Source: an uncultured Actinomycetota bacterium (GTDB taxonomy: Bacteria > Actinomycetota > Actinomycetes > Actinomycetales > CAWJMD01). From it: DNA of 64,000 nucleotides. The stretch covers positions 78,270 to 142,269 of the forward strand of contig CAWIED010000001.1 in NCBI GenBank assembly GCA_963835085.1. The letters are read 5' to 3'. A program made the translations under genes and the position numbers. Below the pieces are notes generated by a model. It was not told where the DNA came from. It ran no database searches and was given only the letters and a program-made list of their open reading frames with translations. This document shows, in pieces, positions 38,737 through 48,431 of the stretch. Positions within the stretch are counted from its first letter, which is position 1, and every line of letters begins with the position of its first letter.

Positions 38737-39695
38737 GGCCTGTCCTGTAAGTGGTTTTCGGCGTGGTCGCTTTCACCCCTGGTCGGGTTGTGTTAATCCG
38801 GTCGGGTGGCTGGTGTGGGTCGTGGTGAGCTGACGGACAAGGCGTGGGCGGTGATCGAGCCGTTGCTGCCCGCAAACGGTGGGGGCCGGCGGTGGCGGGA
38901 GCACCGGCAGGTGATCAACGGCATCTTGTGGAAGCTGCGCACCGGCGCCCCGTGGCGGGACCTGCCGGAGCGGTACGGGCCGTGGAAGACCGCGCACGAG
39001 CGACTGCGGAAGTGGACGATCGACGGGACCTGGGACAAGATCCTGCAGGCTGCGATCGTCAAAGACGACGCCGTCGGGGACGTGGAGTGGATCATCTCGA
39101 TCGACTCGAGCGTCGTCCGGGCCCACCAGCACGCTGCCGGGGCCCGGAAAAAGGGGGATCCTCACGAGGTGAGATCGAGGCCCTCCAGGTGGACGGAGAG
39201 TGCATCGGCAGATCCCGAGGAGGACTGAGCACCAAGCTGCATCTCGCCGTCGACGGGCGCGGCCTGCCGGTCAGCATGATCCTCACCCCGGGCCAGGACG
39301 GTGACAATCCGCAACTGCTGCCCCTGCTCGACCAGATCCGCGTCCCGAGGGTTGGCCCCGGCAGGCCCCGGTCGAAGCCGGAGGCAGTGCTGGCCGACAA
39401 GGCCTATTCCCACCCCTCGACAAGAGCCGCGTTGCGACAGCGGCGCATCCGATTCACCAGCCCCGAGCGGACCGACCAGATCTACCGGCGGAAAGCCAAG
39501 GGCGCACACGGCGGCAGGCCTCCCATGGTGGACCTGACCGGGTACAAGAGACGCAACGTCGTGGAGAGGTGCTTCAACAAGCTCAAACAGTTCCGCGACT
39601 TCGCCACCCGCTACGCCAAACGCGCCGCCTACTTCAAAGCTGAGATCACCCTCGCCGCCACCATCCTCTGGCTCCGATAACTTACAGGACAGGCC
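38737..39695 (+). mobile_element. IS5-family (IS427-group) insertion sequence, apparently complete
   Basis: 16-bp perfect terminal inverted repeats GGCCTGTCCTGTAAGT (38737-38752) / ACTTACAGGACAGGCC (39680-39695). CTAG lies on both flanks (38733-38736, 39696-39699). It contains a two-frame transposase. Confidence 0.85.
38806..39680 (+). CDS. IS5/IS427-group transposase, orfA-orfB joined by a programmed -1 frameshift
   Basis: orfA is (V)GRGELTDKAWAVIEPLLP...NGILWKLRTGAPWRDLPERYGPW. The orfB DDE part is LSTKLHLAVDGRGLP...VLADKAYSH...NVVERCFNKLKQFRDFATRY in the -1 frame. The slippery A5G run at 39148-39153 lies in the overlap. The start may be the GTG at 38815. Confidence 0.85.
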
Positions 39696-39763
39696 CTAGA
39701 AGCGACACCAGAAGGCCGGCCCCAGCCGAGCAAATACCTCGGCTGGGGCCGGCCAGTCAGCAG

Positions 39764-41428
39764 CTATTGCCTGGGCAGCACATGCTCCCCGGTCTTGTCC
39801 GTCGCGAGGCACAGCGAGCAGACGTGGCCTTCACCCGTCCCGGAGGCCGTCACGTCCGGGCGCTCGAAGGTCTCCGAGCACACCTGGCAGTCGATCTCGG
39901 CCGCCGAGGGGTTGCCGTGCTCGTCGAAGGGCGCCAGGTCGATGCCGTCGTCGGTGCGGCGCAGGTAGTACTTGCCCTTGGTCGCCACCGCCAGCACGGG
40001 CGGCAGCACGGCGGCCAGCACCACCGCGATGATCGGCGAGAACGGCTGCAGGGCAGCGCCCATGCCGCCGAAGAAGGCGACGATGGAAAGGCCGCCGGCC
40101 GCCAGCACCGACACGAAGCCCACCGGGTTGACGTCGTAGAGCATTCCCCGGCGGAACTCCGGCACCAGCGGCGAGATCTTCAACAGGTACTTGTTGATGG
40201 CGATGTCGGAGGCGACCGCCACGATCCAGGCCATCCCCATGTTCGCGTAGAACCCGAGAATGGTGTTGAGGAAGTCGAACATGTTCGCCTCCATCAGCAC
40301 GAGCGCGACGCCCACGTTGAAGAACACGAAGACCAGCCGGCCCGGATAGCGCTTGGTGACGCGGGTGAACGAGTTGGTCCACGCCAGCGAACCGGAGTAC
40401 GCATTCGTGACGTTGATCTTGATCTGGCTCAACACCACGAGTGCCACCGACAGCGTCATGGCCAGCCACATCGGCATCATTTGGGAGTACGCACCGAGGA
40501 ACTGGTGCACGGGTTCGTTGGCGATCCCGGCACCGTCGGCCACGTGGCCGATCAGGTACACGGCCAGGAACAGCCCGATGATCTGCTTCAGCGCACCGAA
40601 CACCACCCAGCCCGGGCCCGCCGTGATGACGGCCGCCCACCAACGCCGGGAGTTCTCGGGCGTCCGCGGGGGCATGAAGCGCAGGTAGTCGATCTGCTCG
40701 GCGATCTGCGCGATCAACGACAGGCAGACGCCCGCCGCCAACATGGCCGCCGAGAATGACGTGCCGGCGCTGTCGCCCTTGAACGCCAGGAAGGTCGACA
40801 CCGAGTCGGGGTGCGCGATGATCAGGTACGCCAGCGGAGCACCCATCAGCACGAGCCACAGGGGAGTCGTCCACACCTGCATGGTCGACAGCGCCTTCAT
40901 GCCGTACACGACCAGGGGAATGACCAGCACGCTCGAGGCGAGATAGCCCAGCCAGAGCGGGATCCCGAGGCCGAGCTTGAGGCCCTGGGCCATGATCGAG
41001 CCCTCGAGCGCGAAGAAGATGAACGTAAACGTCGCGAAGATTACGTTGGTGAGCACCGAGCCGTAGTAGCCGAAGCCCGAGCCGCGGGTGATCAGGTCGA
41101 GGTCGAGGTTGTACCGCGCCGCGTAGTACGCCAGCGGAATCCCGGTCACGAAGATGACGACCGCCGCAATGGCGATGCCGAGCAGGGCGTTCGTGGTGCC
41201 GTGCGCGATGCCGATGTTCGCGCCGATGGCGAAGTCGGCCAGGTAGGCGATGCCGCCCAGCGCGGAGGTCGCGACGACGGCGGGAGCCCAGCGGCGGTAG
41301 TGCCTGGGTGCGAACCGGAGGGTGTAATCCTCCAGCGTCTCTTTGTTCGCCTTGCCAGCAGCGCCGTGGTCGGCTACCAGCTCGACGGCAGGAGCCGATG
41401 GCTCTTGCGGCGGAATCAGCGTGGTCAC
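39764..41428 (-). CDS. NCS1-like (purine-cytosine permease family) transporter with C-terminal Cys4 zinc-ribbon-like tail
   Basis: 12 TM helices. The N-terminal region YTLRFAPRHYRRW...LGIAIAAVVIF resembles CodB-type permeases. The tail is CQVCSETFERPDV...GHVCSLC. It lies adjacent to the urease cluster on the same strand. Confidence 0.75.
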   Translation of the reverse strand: MTTLIPPQEPSAPAVELVADHGAAGKANKETLEDYTLRFAPRHYRRWAPAVVATSALGGIAYLADFAIGANIGIAHGTTNALLGIAIAAVVIFVTGIPLAYYAARYNLDLDLITRGSGFGYYGSVLTNVIFATFTFIFFALEGSIMAQGLKLGLGIPLWLGYLASSVLVIPLVVYGMKALSTMQVWTTPLWLVLMGAPLAYLIIAHPDSVSTFLAFKGDSAGTSFSAAMLAAGVCLSLIAQIAEQIDYLRFMPPRTPENSRRWWAAVITAGPGWVVFGALKQIIGLFLAVYLIGHVADGAGIANEPVHQFLGAYSQMMPMWLAMTLSVALVVLSQIKINVTNAYSGSLAWTNSFTRVTKRYPGRLVFVFFNVGVALVLMEANMFDFLNTILGFYANMGMAWIVAVASDIAINKYLLKISPLVPEFRRGMLYDVNPVGFVSVLAAGGLSIVAFFGGMGAALQPFSPIIAVVLAAVLPPVLAVATKGKYYLRRTDDGIDLAPFDEHGNPSAAEIDCQVCSETFERPDVTASGTGEGHVCSLCLATDKTGEHVLPRQ

Positions 41429-41498
41429 GTGGCGAGTACCTTCCGAGAGGGGGCGTTTCCTCCCGACGCTACGAGCGCCGCGTTTCGCCTTACGTCAC

Positions 41499-42227
41499 CT
41501 ACTGTTTCGTGGTTGTTAAGTCCAGACCAGTCAGGAATGCGTCCCATACAGCCTTGCCCGGCGCGCGGTGCGCCTCGTCGGAGAGCGAGCGCGCCACAGC
41601 TCCTGGGCCGGCCAGTTCGAACACCGGCTGGACAGCCGCGGGCGGGGTGCCGGGCCGCCATCCCAGGGCACTCACCGTGTCGAGCACCCGAGAAGCGCCG
41701 AGGACGCCGGGCGTCACGATGTCGAGATCGAGATCCTCAGCCAGCAGGTCGACACCGTCGAGGCGCACCCGGGTGCGGCAGAACAACGAACCGGAACGCT
41801 CCCCGTGGCGCCCCAGCACCAACACATCGCGCAGCAGGGCGCGGGCCGCGAGGGCCAGGTCGGCGTGCAGGTCGCGCCGGACGATCGCGCCTTCGGCCAC
41901 GACGAAAGGCTCTGCAGGCCAAGTGAGCACGGCACCCTCGTCCAGCTCGACGCGCACCGACCACGCACAGCCGCGACCGCGCCCGTTGTAGGCGACGGTG
42001 CCGGCGACGTCTATCAGGTCGAGGCGGGCGCCCGCACCGACGCGCACCTCCAATCGCACGCTGTCGCCCCCGAGCAGCAGTGCTCCCGTGGCCACGAGGG
42101 CGACCCGCGCCCTGCCCGGCCCCACCGACACCAGTCGCGGGGCGAGTAGCCCCGACGAGAGCCGAACCCGAGCAGGGCCTCCCGGAGCGCCCAGGCTGAT
42201 GTCGACCGAGGCCGGTCGATCAGTCAT
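41499..42227 (-). CDS. ureD: Urease accessory protein UreD
   Basis: Last gene of the ure cluster, with UreD-like length and pattern. Start chosen at ATG 42225-42227, 5 nt after the ureG stop. Upstream in-frame starts exist up to 42275. Confidence 0.8.
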   Translation of the reverse strand: MTDRPASVDISLGAPGGPARVRLSSGLLAPRLVSVGPGRARVALVATGALLLGGDSVRLEVRVGAGARLDLIDVAGTVAYNGRGRGCAWSVRVELDEGAVLTWPAEPFVVAEGAIVRRDLHADLALAARALLRDVLVLGRHGERSGSLFCRTRVRLDGVDLLAEDLDLDIVTPGVLGASRVLDTVSALGWRPGTPPAAVQPVFELAGPGAVARSLSDEAHRAPGKAVWDAFLTGLDLTTTKQ

Positions 42228-42981
42228 GCGGGTGGTGGTGATCCTGCGGGTGCGCGTGGTCATGAGCAGGCCCATGCGGGTCGGCGTGGAAGTGCGGTGC
42301 CATGGGTCCTGGGTCGTGTGGAGTGTGCCGTCCCGACTGGTAGGTCTGCACGAGGTCGAGCACCCAGCCGCAGAGCGCGGCTACCGACTCGGGATCGGTG
42401 CGCGACAGGCCCACCACGGCGCGCTCGCCGCGCGCCTGTCGGCCCTGAAGGGTCATCAGCTCGACGTCGACTCCCACGTAGGGGCCCAGATCGGTCTTGT
42501 TGATCACGAGCAGATCAGCCCGCGCGATGCCCGGCCCGCCTTTGCGGACGACATCGCCGCCGCCGGCCACGTCGAGCACGAACAGCTGGGCATCGACGAG
42601 GGCGGGGGAGAAGGTGGCGGTGAGGTTGTCGCCGCCCGACTCCAGCAGCACGAGGTCGAGCGGGGCGAAGTCTGCCTCGAGGTCTTCGACGGTGAGCAGG
42701 TTGGCGGTGATGTCGTCGCGGATCGCGGTGTGCGGGCAGGCACCGGTCTGCACCGCCCGGATCCGCTGCGGGTCGAGCACCCCCGCCGAGCGCAGCAGCT
42801 GGGCGTCTTCGTCGGTGTAGATGTCGTTGGTCACGACGGCGAGCGACAGCCTGCTGCTCAACTCACGGCAGAGCAACGCGATGATGGACGACTTCCCGGT
42901 TCCGACCGGCCCTGCGACACCCAGTCTGAGCGGTCGGTCGGGTAGGTCGGCGGATGCGGCGGAGGGCGCGACTGAGGTCAC
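42220..42981 (-). CDS. ureG: Urease accessory GTPase UreG with His-rich C-terminal tail
   Basis: P-loop [16 protein letters not shown] and NKTDL motifs. C-terminal tail [24 protein letters not shown]. Confidence 0.9.
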   Translation of the reverse strand: MTSVAPSAASADLPDRPLRLGVAGPVGTGKSSIIALLCRELSSRLSLAVVTNDIYTDEDAQLLRSAGVLDPQRIRAVQTGACPHTAIRDDITANLLTVEDLEADFAPLDLVLLESGGDNLTATFSPALVDAQLFVLDVAGGGDVVRKGGPGIARADLLVINKTDLGPYVGVDVELMTLQGRQARGERAVVGLSRTDPESVAALCGWVLDLVQTYQSGRHTPHDPGPMAPHFHADPHGPAHDHAHPQDHHHPHD

Positions 42982-43017
42982 AGCCTCACGATAGTGCCGG
43001 GCCAGGCGCGGTCTGCC

Positions 43018-43695
43018 TCAGGCCGTGAACAACCGTCGCGACGAGGTGGCGTGGGCGTGCTGCCACGCCTCCAGGGCAGGGGCCGCGGTGGCCGGCAGGT
43101 CGTCGGGGTCAGTGAGGCCGGCTACGTCGGCTGCCACGAGGGCGATGTCGTCCGCACACCCGAGCGCCCACGACAGCGGCGCCACCGGGTCGAGCGGCAG
43201 CAGCTTGAGCGCTGCGGCACAACAGGTTTGCACGTCGTCATAGCAGGCAAGCCGGGCCAGCCGCTCGCCGTTCAGGCCTAAGGGAAAGGCGAGGGCGGCC
43301 AGCGCCAGCGGCCGGTAGGCCGGCTCCCCGAGCGCCAATACCGCCGTCGCGGCCGGGCTGTCGGGCCAGAGCCTGGTCAGCAGCCGGGTATAACCGCGCC
43401 CCACCAGCGCGGCGGCCGCTCGAACGTGCTGGGACGGTGTCCGCGCCGCCCAGGCCGCCTGCACCGGCGCCAACGACAGCCCGGCCTGCAACGCGTGCGC
43501 GGCGACGACGGCGGTTGCGGCGTCCACCATGGTCTGGGTGCGCAGGCGCGTTCGGAGGAACGCCGGGATCTGCTCGACTGTCAGGCCTGCGGCCAGGGCG
43601 GGCTCGAGCCCCGCCGACTGGGTGTGCCCGCCGCTGGGCAGCCGGGCGTCCGCCAACAGCATGAGTGCGAAGTCGACGGTGGCGGCCGGCGTCAC
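43018..43695 (-). CDS. ureF: Urease accessory protein UreF
   Basis: LLADARLPSGGHTQSAGLE is the N-terminal UreF signature. Position between ureC and ureG. Confidence 0.85.
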   Translation of the reverse strand: MTPAATVDFALMLLADARLPSGGHTQSAGLEPALAAGLTVEQIPAFLRTRLRTQTMVDAATAVVAAHALQAGLSLAPVQAAWAARTPSQHVRAAAALVGRGYTRLLTRLWPDSPAATAVLALGEPAYRPLALAALAFPLGLNGERLARLACYDDVQTCCAAALKLLPLDPVAPLSWALGCADDIALVAADVAGLTDPDDLPATAAPALEAWQHAHATSSRRLFTA

Positions 43696-43704
43696 AGGAC
43701 CGCC

Positions 43705-45417
43705 TCAGAACAGCGAATAGCGTTGTGCCAGAGGTAGTTCAGTGGCGGGTTGAGGCACGATCAGGGTGCCGTCGATGCTGATCGCGAAGGTCTCCGGGTC
43801 GACGACGATCTCGGGGCAGGCGGTGTTGTTGCGCATGGAGGCCTTGGTGACCTCGCGGGTTGGCTCCACCGCCACCAGCTGGCGTCGTAGCCCGAGTCGC
43901 TCGGCAAGCCCGCTGTCGAGGGCCAGGGGCGAGACGAAGCTGATCGACAGGTCGGCCCCGGAGCCTCCGGAGCCCACCAGAGTGGGCCGCATGAGCACCG
44001 GCTGCGGCGTCGGGATCGAGGCGTTCGGGTCGCCGAGGGCGCCATAGACGATCGCCCCCGCCTTGAGCACAACTTCGGGACGTACGCCGAAGAAGCGCGG
44101 GTCCCACAGCGTGAGGTCGGCCAGCTTGCCGGGTTCGACGGAGCCAATGTGCCGGTCGAGGCCGTGCGCGATCGCCGGATTGATCGTGTACTTCGCCACG
44201 TACCGCCGAGCCCGCTCGTTGTCGGCGGGCAGTCCGGCACCGGCGAGTGCCCCGAGCCGATGTTTCATCACATGCGCCACCTGCCACGTGCGAGTGATCA
44301 CCTCGCCGATGCGGCCCATCGCTTGGGCGTCGGAGGAGGTGATCGACAGCGCTCCTAGGTCGTGCAGGATGTCTTCTGCCGCAATGGTTGTCGCGCGGAT
44401 CCGAGACTCGGCGAAGGCCAGGTCCTCCGGTACGGCGGGGTTCAGGTGGTGGCACACCAGGAGCATGTCGAGATGTTCGGCCACTGTGTTGACGGTGTGC
44501 GGCAGGGTCGGGTTGGTCGAGCCCGGCAGCACGTTGGGGTGGGATGCGATCGTGATGATGTCGGGCGCGTGGCCGCCGCCGGCGCCCTCGGTGTGAAAAG
44601 CGTGGATGCTGCGGCCGCCGATGGCCCGCAGGGTCGAATCGACGTAGCCGGCCTCGTTGAGACTGTCGGAATGTAGCGCGACCTGCAGCCCGTATTCGTC
44701 GGCGGCCACCAAGGCGGCATCGATGGCCGCGGGGGTCGCGCCCCAGTCTTCGTGCACCTTGTAGCCGCCAGCTCCGGCAATCGCCTGCTCCCGCAAGCCA
44801 TCTCGGCTGACCGTGTTGCCCTTGCCCATGAGCAGCAGGTTGACGGGAAGGTGGTCGAGACCGCGATGCACGGTCTGCAGGTGCCAGGGACCGGGTGTGA
44901 CAGTGGTGGCCTTCGAACCCTCGGACGGCCCGGTGCCCCCACCGCCAAGCGTAGTGAGCCCGGCGGCCAGCGCCTCATAGATCTGCGAGGTGGACAGGAA
45001 GTGCACGTGCATGTCGACCCCGCCCGCCGTGAGGATCTTGCCCTCACCGGCGATGACGTCTGTGCCGGGCCCGATCTCGAGATCGGGGTGCACGCCGTCT
45101 GCCACATCGGGGTTGCCGGCGCGGCCCAGGGCCACGATGCGCCCGTCGCGGATGCCCACGTCGGCGCGCACGATGCCCCAGTGGTCGAGCACCACCACGT
45201 TGGTGATCACGGTGTCGGGCGCGCCCTGGGCCGAGGTGCGCAGACCCTGCGCCATCGACTCCCGGATCGACTTGCCACCACCGAAGACGGCCTCCTCACC
45301 GCCGACGGTCAGGTCGTTCTCGATCTCGATCCACAGGTCGGTGTCGCCGAGCCGCAACTGATCGCCGGTGGTGGGGCCGTAGAGCGCCGCATAGGCCTCA
45401 CGAGACAGTTCCACCAT
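43705..45417 (-). CDS. ureC: Urease alpha subunit
   Basis: 570 aa. Active-site blocks [13 protein letters not shown]..., [19 protein letters not shown] and CHHL. Confidence 0.95.
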   Translation of the reverse strand: MVELSREAYAALYGPTTGDQLRLGDTDLWIEIENDLTVGGEEAVFGGGKSIRESMAQGLRTSAQGAPDTVITNVVVLDHWGIVRADVGIRDGRIVALGRAGNPDVADGVHPDLEIGPGTDVIAGEGKILTAGGVDMHVHFLSTSQIYEALAAGLTTLGGGGTGPSEGSKATTVTPGPWHLQTVHRGLDHLPVNLLLMGKGNTVSRDGLREQAIAGAGGYKVHEDWGATPAAIDAALVAADEYGLQVALHSDSLNEAGYVDSTLRAIGGRSIHAFHTEGAGGGHAPDIITIASHPNVLPGSTNPTLPHTVNTVAEHLDMLLVCHHLNPAVPEDLAFAESRIRATTIAAEDILHDLGALSITSSDAQAMGRIGEVITRTWQVAHVMKHRLGALAGAGLPADNERARRYVAKYTINPAIAHGLDRHIGSVEPGKLADLTLWDPRFFGVRPEVVLKAGAIVYGALGDPNASIPTPQPVLMRPTLVGSGGSGADLSISFVSPLALDSGLAERLGLRRQLVAVEPTREVTKASMRNNTACPEIVVDPETFAISIDGTLIVPQPATELPLAQRYSLF

Positions 45418-45419
45418 GA

Positions 45420-46040
45420 TCAGATCTCCTCGCCGGCAGGGGATTTCAACTGCAGACCGGCCACGTGCCGTCGTCCTTGCAGGGTGACGGCCGCCACCGT
45501 GCGCGAGACCCCGGGCTCAAAGCGGATCGAGGTGCCCGAGGCGATGTCGAGCCGGTAGCCAGCCGCGGCTGCGCGGTCGAACGACAGCGCGGCATTGGAA
45601 TCGGGCAGGTGCAGATGGGAACCGATCTGCACGGGACGGTCACCGGTGTTGACGATGGTCAGCTCGATTCGCTCACCGTCCGGACGCTCGTTGAGGGTGA
45701 TGGTGCCTGGGGCGACCCGCAGGTGCGCGGGCGCGCTGGCCGCGATCGGGTGATGCAGGGTGACCAGCTTGCGTCCGTCCGGAAACGTGGCCTCCACCTG
45801 CACCTCGGTGACGAGTTCGGCCACGCCGTCCATTACGTCGTCGGGGCCGAGCACGTCGCAGCCCTCGACCATCAGGTCGCTGACCAAGGCGCCCTCGCGC
45901 GCCCGCTCGATCACCCAGGTGGACAGCAGGGCGACCGTTTCGGGATGATTGAGCTTGACGCCGCGGCTCAGGCGGTCGCGCGCCACCATGCCGGCCACGG
46001 CCAGCAGCAGCTTCTCCGTATCGGCTCCGGACAGGTGCAT
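45420..46040 (-). CDS. ureAB: Fused urease gamma-beta subunit
   Basis: The N-terminal 100 aa are UreA-like ([34 protein letters not shown]...). The C-terminal about 105 aa are UreB-like ([15 protein letters not shown]...LSFDR...[17 protein letters not shown]). It is a single ORF with no internal stop. Confidence 0.9.
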   Translation of the reverse strand: MHLSGADTEKLLLAVAGMVARDRLSRGVKLNHPETVALLSTWVIERAREGALVSDLMVEGCDVLGPDDVMDGVAELVTEVQVEATFPDGRKLVTLHHPIAASAPAHLRVAPGTITLNERPDGERIELTIVNTGDRPVQIGSHLHLPDSNAALSFDRAAAAGYRLDIASGTSIRFEPGVSRTVAAVTLQGRRHVAGLQLKSPAGEEI

Positions 46041-46083
46041 GTCCGCAGCCTAGTGACCTCCGTGTGTCGCGAGTGTTTCGCCG

Positions 46084-46878
46084 TCAGGCGCTGGCGCCGG
46101 CCGCGGACTCCTCAGCCTCCATCTGAGCGTTGAAGTCGCGCTTGCCGGCCTGCCAGAGATCTTCGGTCTGTCCCGTGCGCCAGTACCCGGAGATCGAGAC
46201 GTGCTCACGTGGCACGCTGTTCTCCACGAAGAAGAAGCGGCGCAGGTCTTTGATCATGCCGGCGTTGCCGTGCACGAAGACCCGCAGATCGCCCTCCGGC
46301 ACGCCTGCGGCCCGAACAGCCTCCGTCAGCGCATCGCCATAGCTGGCGTTGGAGTCGTCGCGGTGCACCCAGGTGACGTCGACGTTCTCGCCGCCGGGCA
46401 CGTTCAGGTGGGCGGCGGAGTTGGCCACCTCGACGAACACCTTGGCCTGTGCGCGCTCAGGCAGGACCTCCAGGGCCGCGGCGATCGCGGGGAAGGCGGC
46501 CTCGTCGCCGGCGAGCAGGTGCACGTCGGCTTCCGGATCGGGTGCCCAGGCCCCGCCCGGGCCGAAGAAGCTGATGGTGTCGCCCGGCTTGGCCGCTGCC
46601 GCCCACGGACCGGCCAGGCCGGCGTCGCCATGCACGACGAAATCGATGGCCAGCTCGTTGCTCTCGCGGTCGAAGGAGCGAATTGTGTAGGTGCGCGTGA
46701 CGGGCGGGAAGCTCAGCTTGACGTAGTGATCGGTGAAGGCGAGCTCGGGCAGCGCGCGCAGGTCGTTGCCGGTCAGCACGACCCGCACGAGATCAGGCGA
46801 CAGCCACTCGGTGCGCACTACGACCGCGGTGCGTTGCGTTCGGGGCTTACGGGGTCGGTCGACGACTGGTTCTGACAT
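46084..46878 (-). CDS. Siderophore-interacting protein (SIP, FAD-binding_9 family) / ferric-siderophore reductase
   Basis: RTYTIRSFD FAD-binding motif. GPGG...LLAGDEAAFPAIAA NAD-binding block. C-terminal GYWRTG. Confidence 0.85.
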   Translation of the reverse strand: MSEPVVDRPRKPRTQRTAVVVRTEWLSPDLVRVVLTGNDLRALPELAFTDHYVKLSFPPVTRTYTIRSFDRESNELAIDFVVHGDAGLAGPWAAAAKPGDTISFFGPGGAWAPDPEADVHLLAGDEAAFPAIAAALEVLPERAQAKVFVEVANSAAHLNVPGGENVDVTWVHRDDSNASYGDALTEAVRAAGVPEGDLRVFVHGNAGMIKDLRRFFFVENSVPREHVSISGYWRTGQTEDLWQAGKRDFNAQMEAEESAAGASA

Positions 46879-46883
46879 GCTAG

Positions 46884-46902
46884 TAAGGCTAGCCTAACTG
46901 TG
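46884..46902. promoter_or_regulatory. Weak IdeR/DtxR-like box directly upstream of the SIP gene
   Basis: TAAGGCTAGCCTAACTGTG gives about 12 of 18 half-site matches to TTAGGTTAGGCTAACCTAA. It starts 6 nt upstream of the start codon at 46878. Context is functionally consistent but the match is poor. Confidence 0.35.
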
Positions 46903-46971
46903 ACGTGCAGGTCCTCCGGCCTGACGGCGCCATACCCGGACAGCCACGGCTGTCCGGGTTGAGCGCGCCCG

Positions 46972-47760
46972 TCACATGTGCATGCCGCCGTTGACCCCCC
47001 AGACCTGACCTGTGATGTACGAGGAGTCGTCGGAGGCCAGGAACGAGATGACTCGCGAGATCTCTTCGGGCCGGCCGAGCCGGGCCATCGGAATGTTGCC
47101 CTTGATCTTGTCCAGAACCTTCTCCGGCACCGCCTGCACCATCTCGGTGCCGATATAGCCCGGGGTCACCGCGTTGATCGTGATGGAGGCGCCGTCTTCA
47201 GTCATCTTGCCGGCGCGGCTGAGTTGGTAGAGCGCCTCCTTGGCCATCGTCTTGGTAAGGGCGAACAGACCCGACTTGGACGCCGCGTAGTTGGCCTGGC
47301 CGAGGTTGCCCATCTCGCCGATCACCGACGAGACGTTGATAATGCGCCCATTGCCCTGCTCCACCATGTGCGCGAGCGCTGCCTGGGAGAGGAAGAAAGC
47401 GCCGGAGAGGTTCACCGCGATGACCTTGTTCCAGTCGTCGTCGGTCATCTTGGCGACGATGCGGTCGATGGTGATGCCGGCGTTGTTGACGAGGATGTCG
47501 ATGCGGCCGTGCTGCTCGACGACCTCGGCGATCACGCGACGACAGTCTTCGGCCTCGCCGACGTTGCCCCGGTGCAGGGTGACCTGAGCATCGGGGTAGT
47601 TCTTGTCCATCTGGGTTTTGAACTCATCAGCGCGCTGGGAGTTGCCGCCGTAGCCGGCGGCGACGACCGCGCCGGCCTTGGCAAGGTCCTCGCTGATCGC
47701 GGCGCCGATGCCGCGGGTGCCGCCGGTAACGAAAGCAACGCGACCCTTGAGGTCAGACAT
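46972..47760 (-). CDS. SDR-family oxidoreductase (acetoacetyl-CoA / 3-oxoacyl-ACP reductase-like)
   Basis: TGGTRGIG cofactor motif, NNAG, and the catalytic YAASK. Confidence 0.85.
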   Translation of the reverse strand: MSDLKGRVAFVTGGTRGIGAAISEDLAKAGAVVAAGYGGNSQRADEFKTQMDKNYPDAQVTLHRGNVGEAEDCRRVIAEVVEQHGRIDILVNNAGITIDRIVAKMTDDDWNKVIAVNLSGAFFLSQAALAHMVEQGNGRIINVSSVIGEMGNLGQANYAASKSGLFALTKTMAKEALYQLSRAGKMTEDGASITINAVTPGYIGTEMVQAVPEKVLDKIKGNIPMARLGRPEEISRVISFLASDDSSYITGQVWGVNGGMHM

Positions 47761-48164
47761 AAGAGGCTCCTTCGCCCTGTTGGTGTGTGACGCACACCAC
47801 CCTAGCCACCCTGCTTGTGCGTTCGGAGGATCGGACGTTGCTCGCTGGACGGAAAGGACGGCCGCGGTCTCCCTAGCTTCAGGGGCTGTCCGCCTCGGTG
47901 GTGGACGCCATGCCGACAGTGGCAGCCTGACCGGTGGTGAGCCCGGCTATGCCGAGAGCTGCCCCAGTACTCCGAGGGATGCTCCCAAAGTGCGCGCCAC
48001 AGTTGGGGCGGCGGTCGATCGGTGTGGACTCATGAACGAGTACTCCTCTGAGACAAGTGAATTCGACACGATTGAGCTGTCAGGACCCGCGCCCTCTTCC
48101 ACTCTGGGACGACGGCCAGGTGCGACGATCGCCAACGGCCAAGACGCCTATGAACACTGTGACT

Positions 48165-48183
48165 TAGGTTAGCCTAACTTTAC
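48165..48183. promoter_or_regulatory. Strong IdeR/DtxR-type iron box with no adjacent annotated gene
   Basis: TTAGGTTAGCCTAACTTTA gives 16 of 18 half-site positions of TTAGGTTAGGCTAACCTAA. It lies in a 670-bp gene-free interval (47761-48431). Confidence 0.6.
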
Positions 48184-48296
48184 TGATGGAGCCCAGTGGC
48201 GTGAGGGGATGCCCTCCGAGTTGGGATCTCTTGAAAGGACTGGGTGGCTTCGTCGGTGGATGCGCACCTGGTCGCCTCGGCTTCCAGCCATGGTGT

Positions 48297-48383
48297 GTCC
48301 CTTATCCGACACGGTTGCTGTGGCGGACTGGGATCTCGTGCTCAGCCGAGATCGCCGGTCTGCAATCGTGTCGGATAAAGGAC
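48297..48383 (-). repeat. Long-stem repeat element, GGCTGAGCAC-core family, copy C (core on minus strand)
   Basis: Arms GTCCCTTATCCGACACG (48297-48313) / CGTGTCGGATAAAGGAC (48367-48383). The 53-nt interior is the reverse complement of the copy D interior (GTGCTCAGCC at 48339-48348). Confidence 0.75.
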
Positions 48384-48431
48384 AGCGGCCGGGCCTGCCC
48401 CCGGGTAGGGCCAGCCCAGGCCCGGCGCGCC

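Noticed and set aside
36223-39699. Defence island or prophage next to the tRNA
   Set aside because: There are no integrase, phage structural, restriction-modification, Abi or other recognisable defence genes. Only a damaged Fic module and an IS are present.
48032-48172. 46-codon ORF (MNEYSSETSEFDTIELSGPAPSSTLGRRPGATIANGQDAYEHCDLG) ending inside the orphan iron box
   Set aside because: No ribosome-binding site, mixed codon bias and no recognisable family. It is kept only as context for the orphan-box finding.
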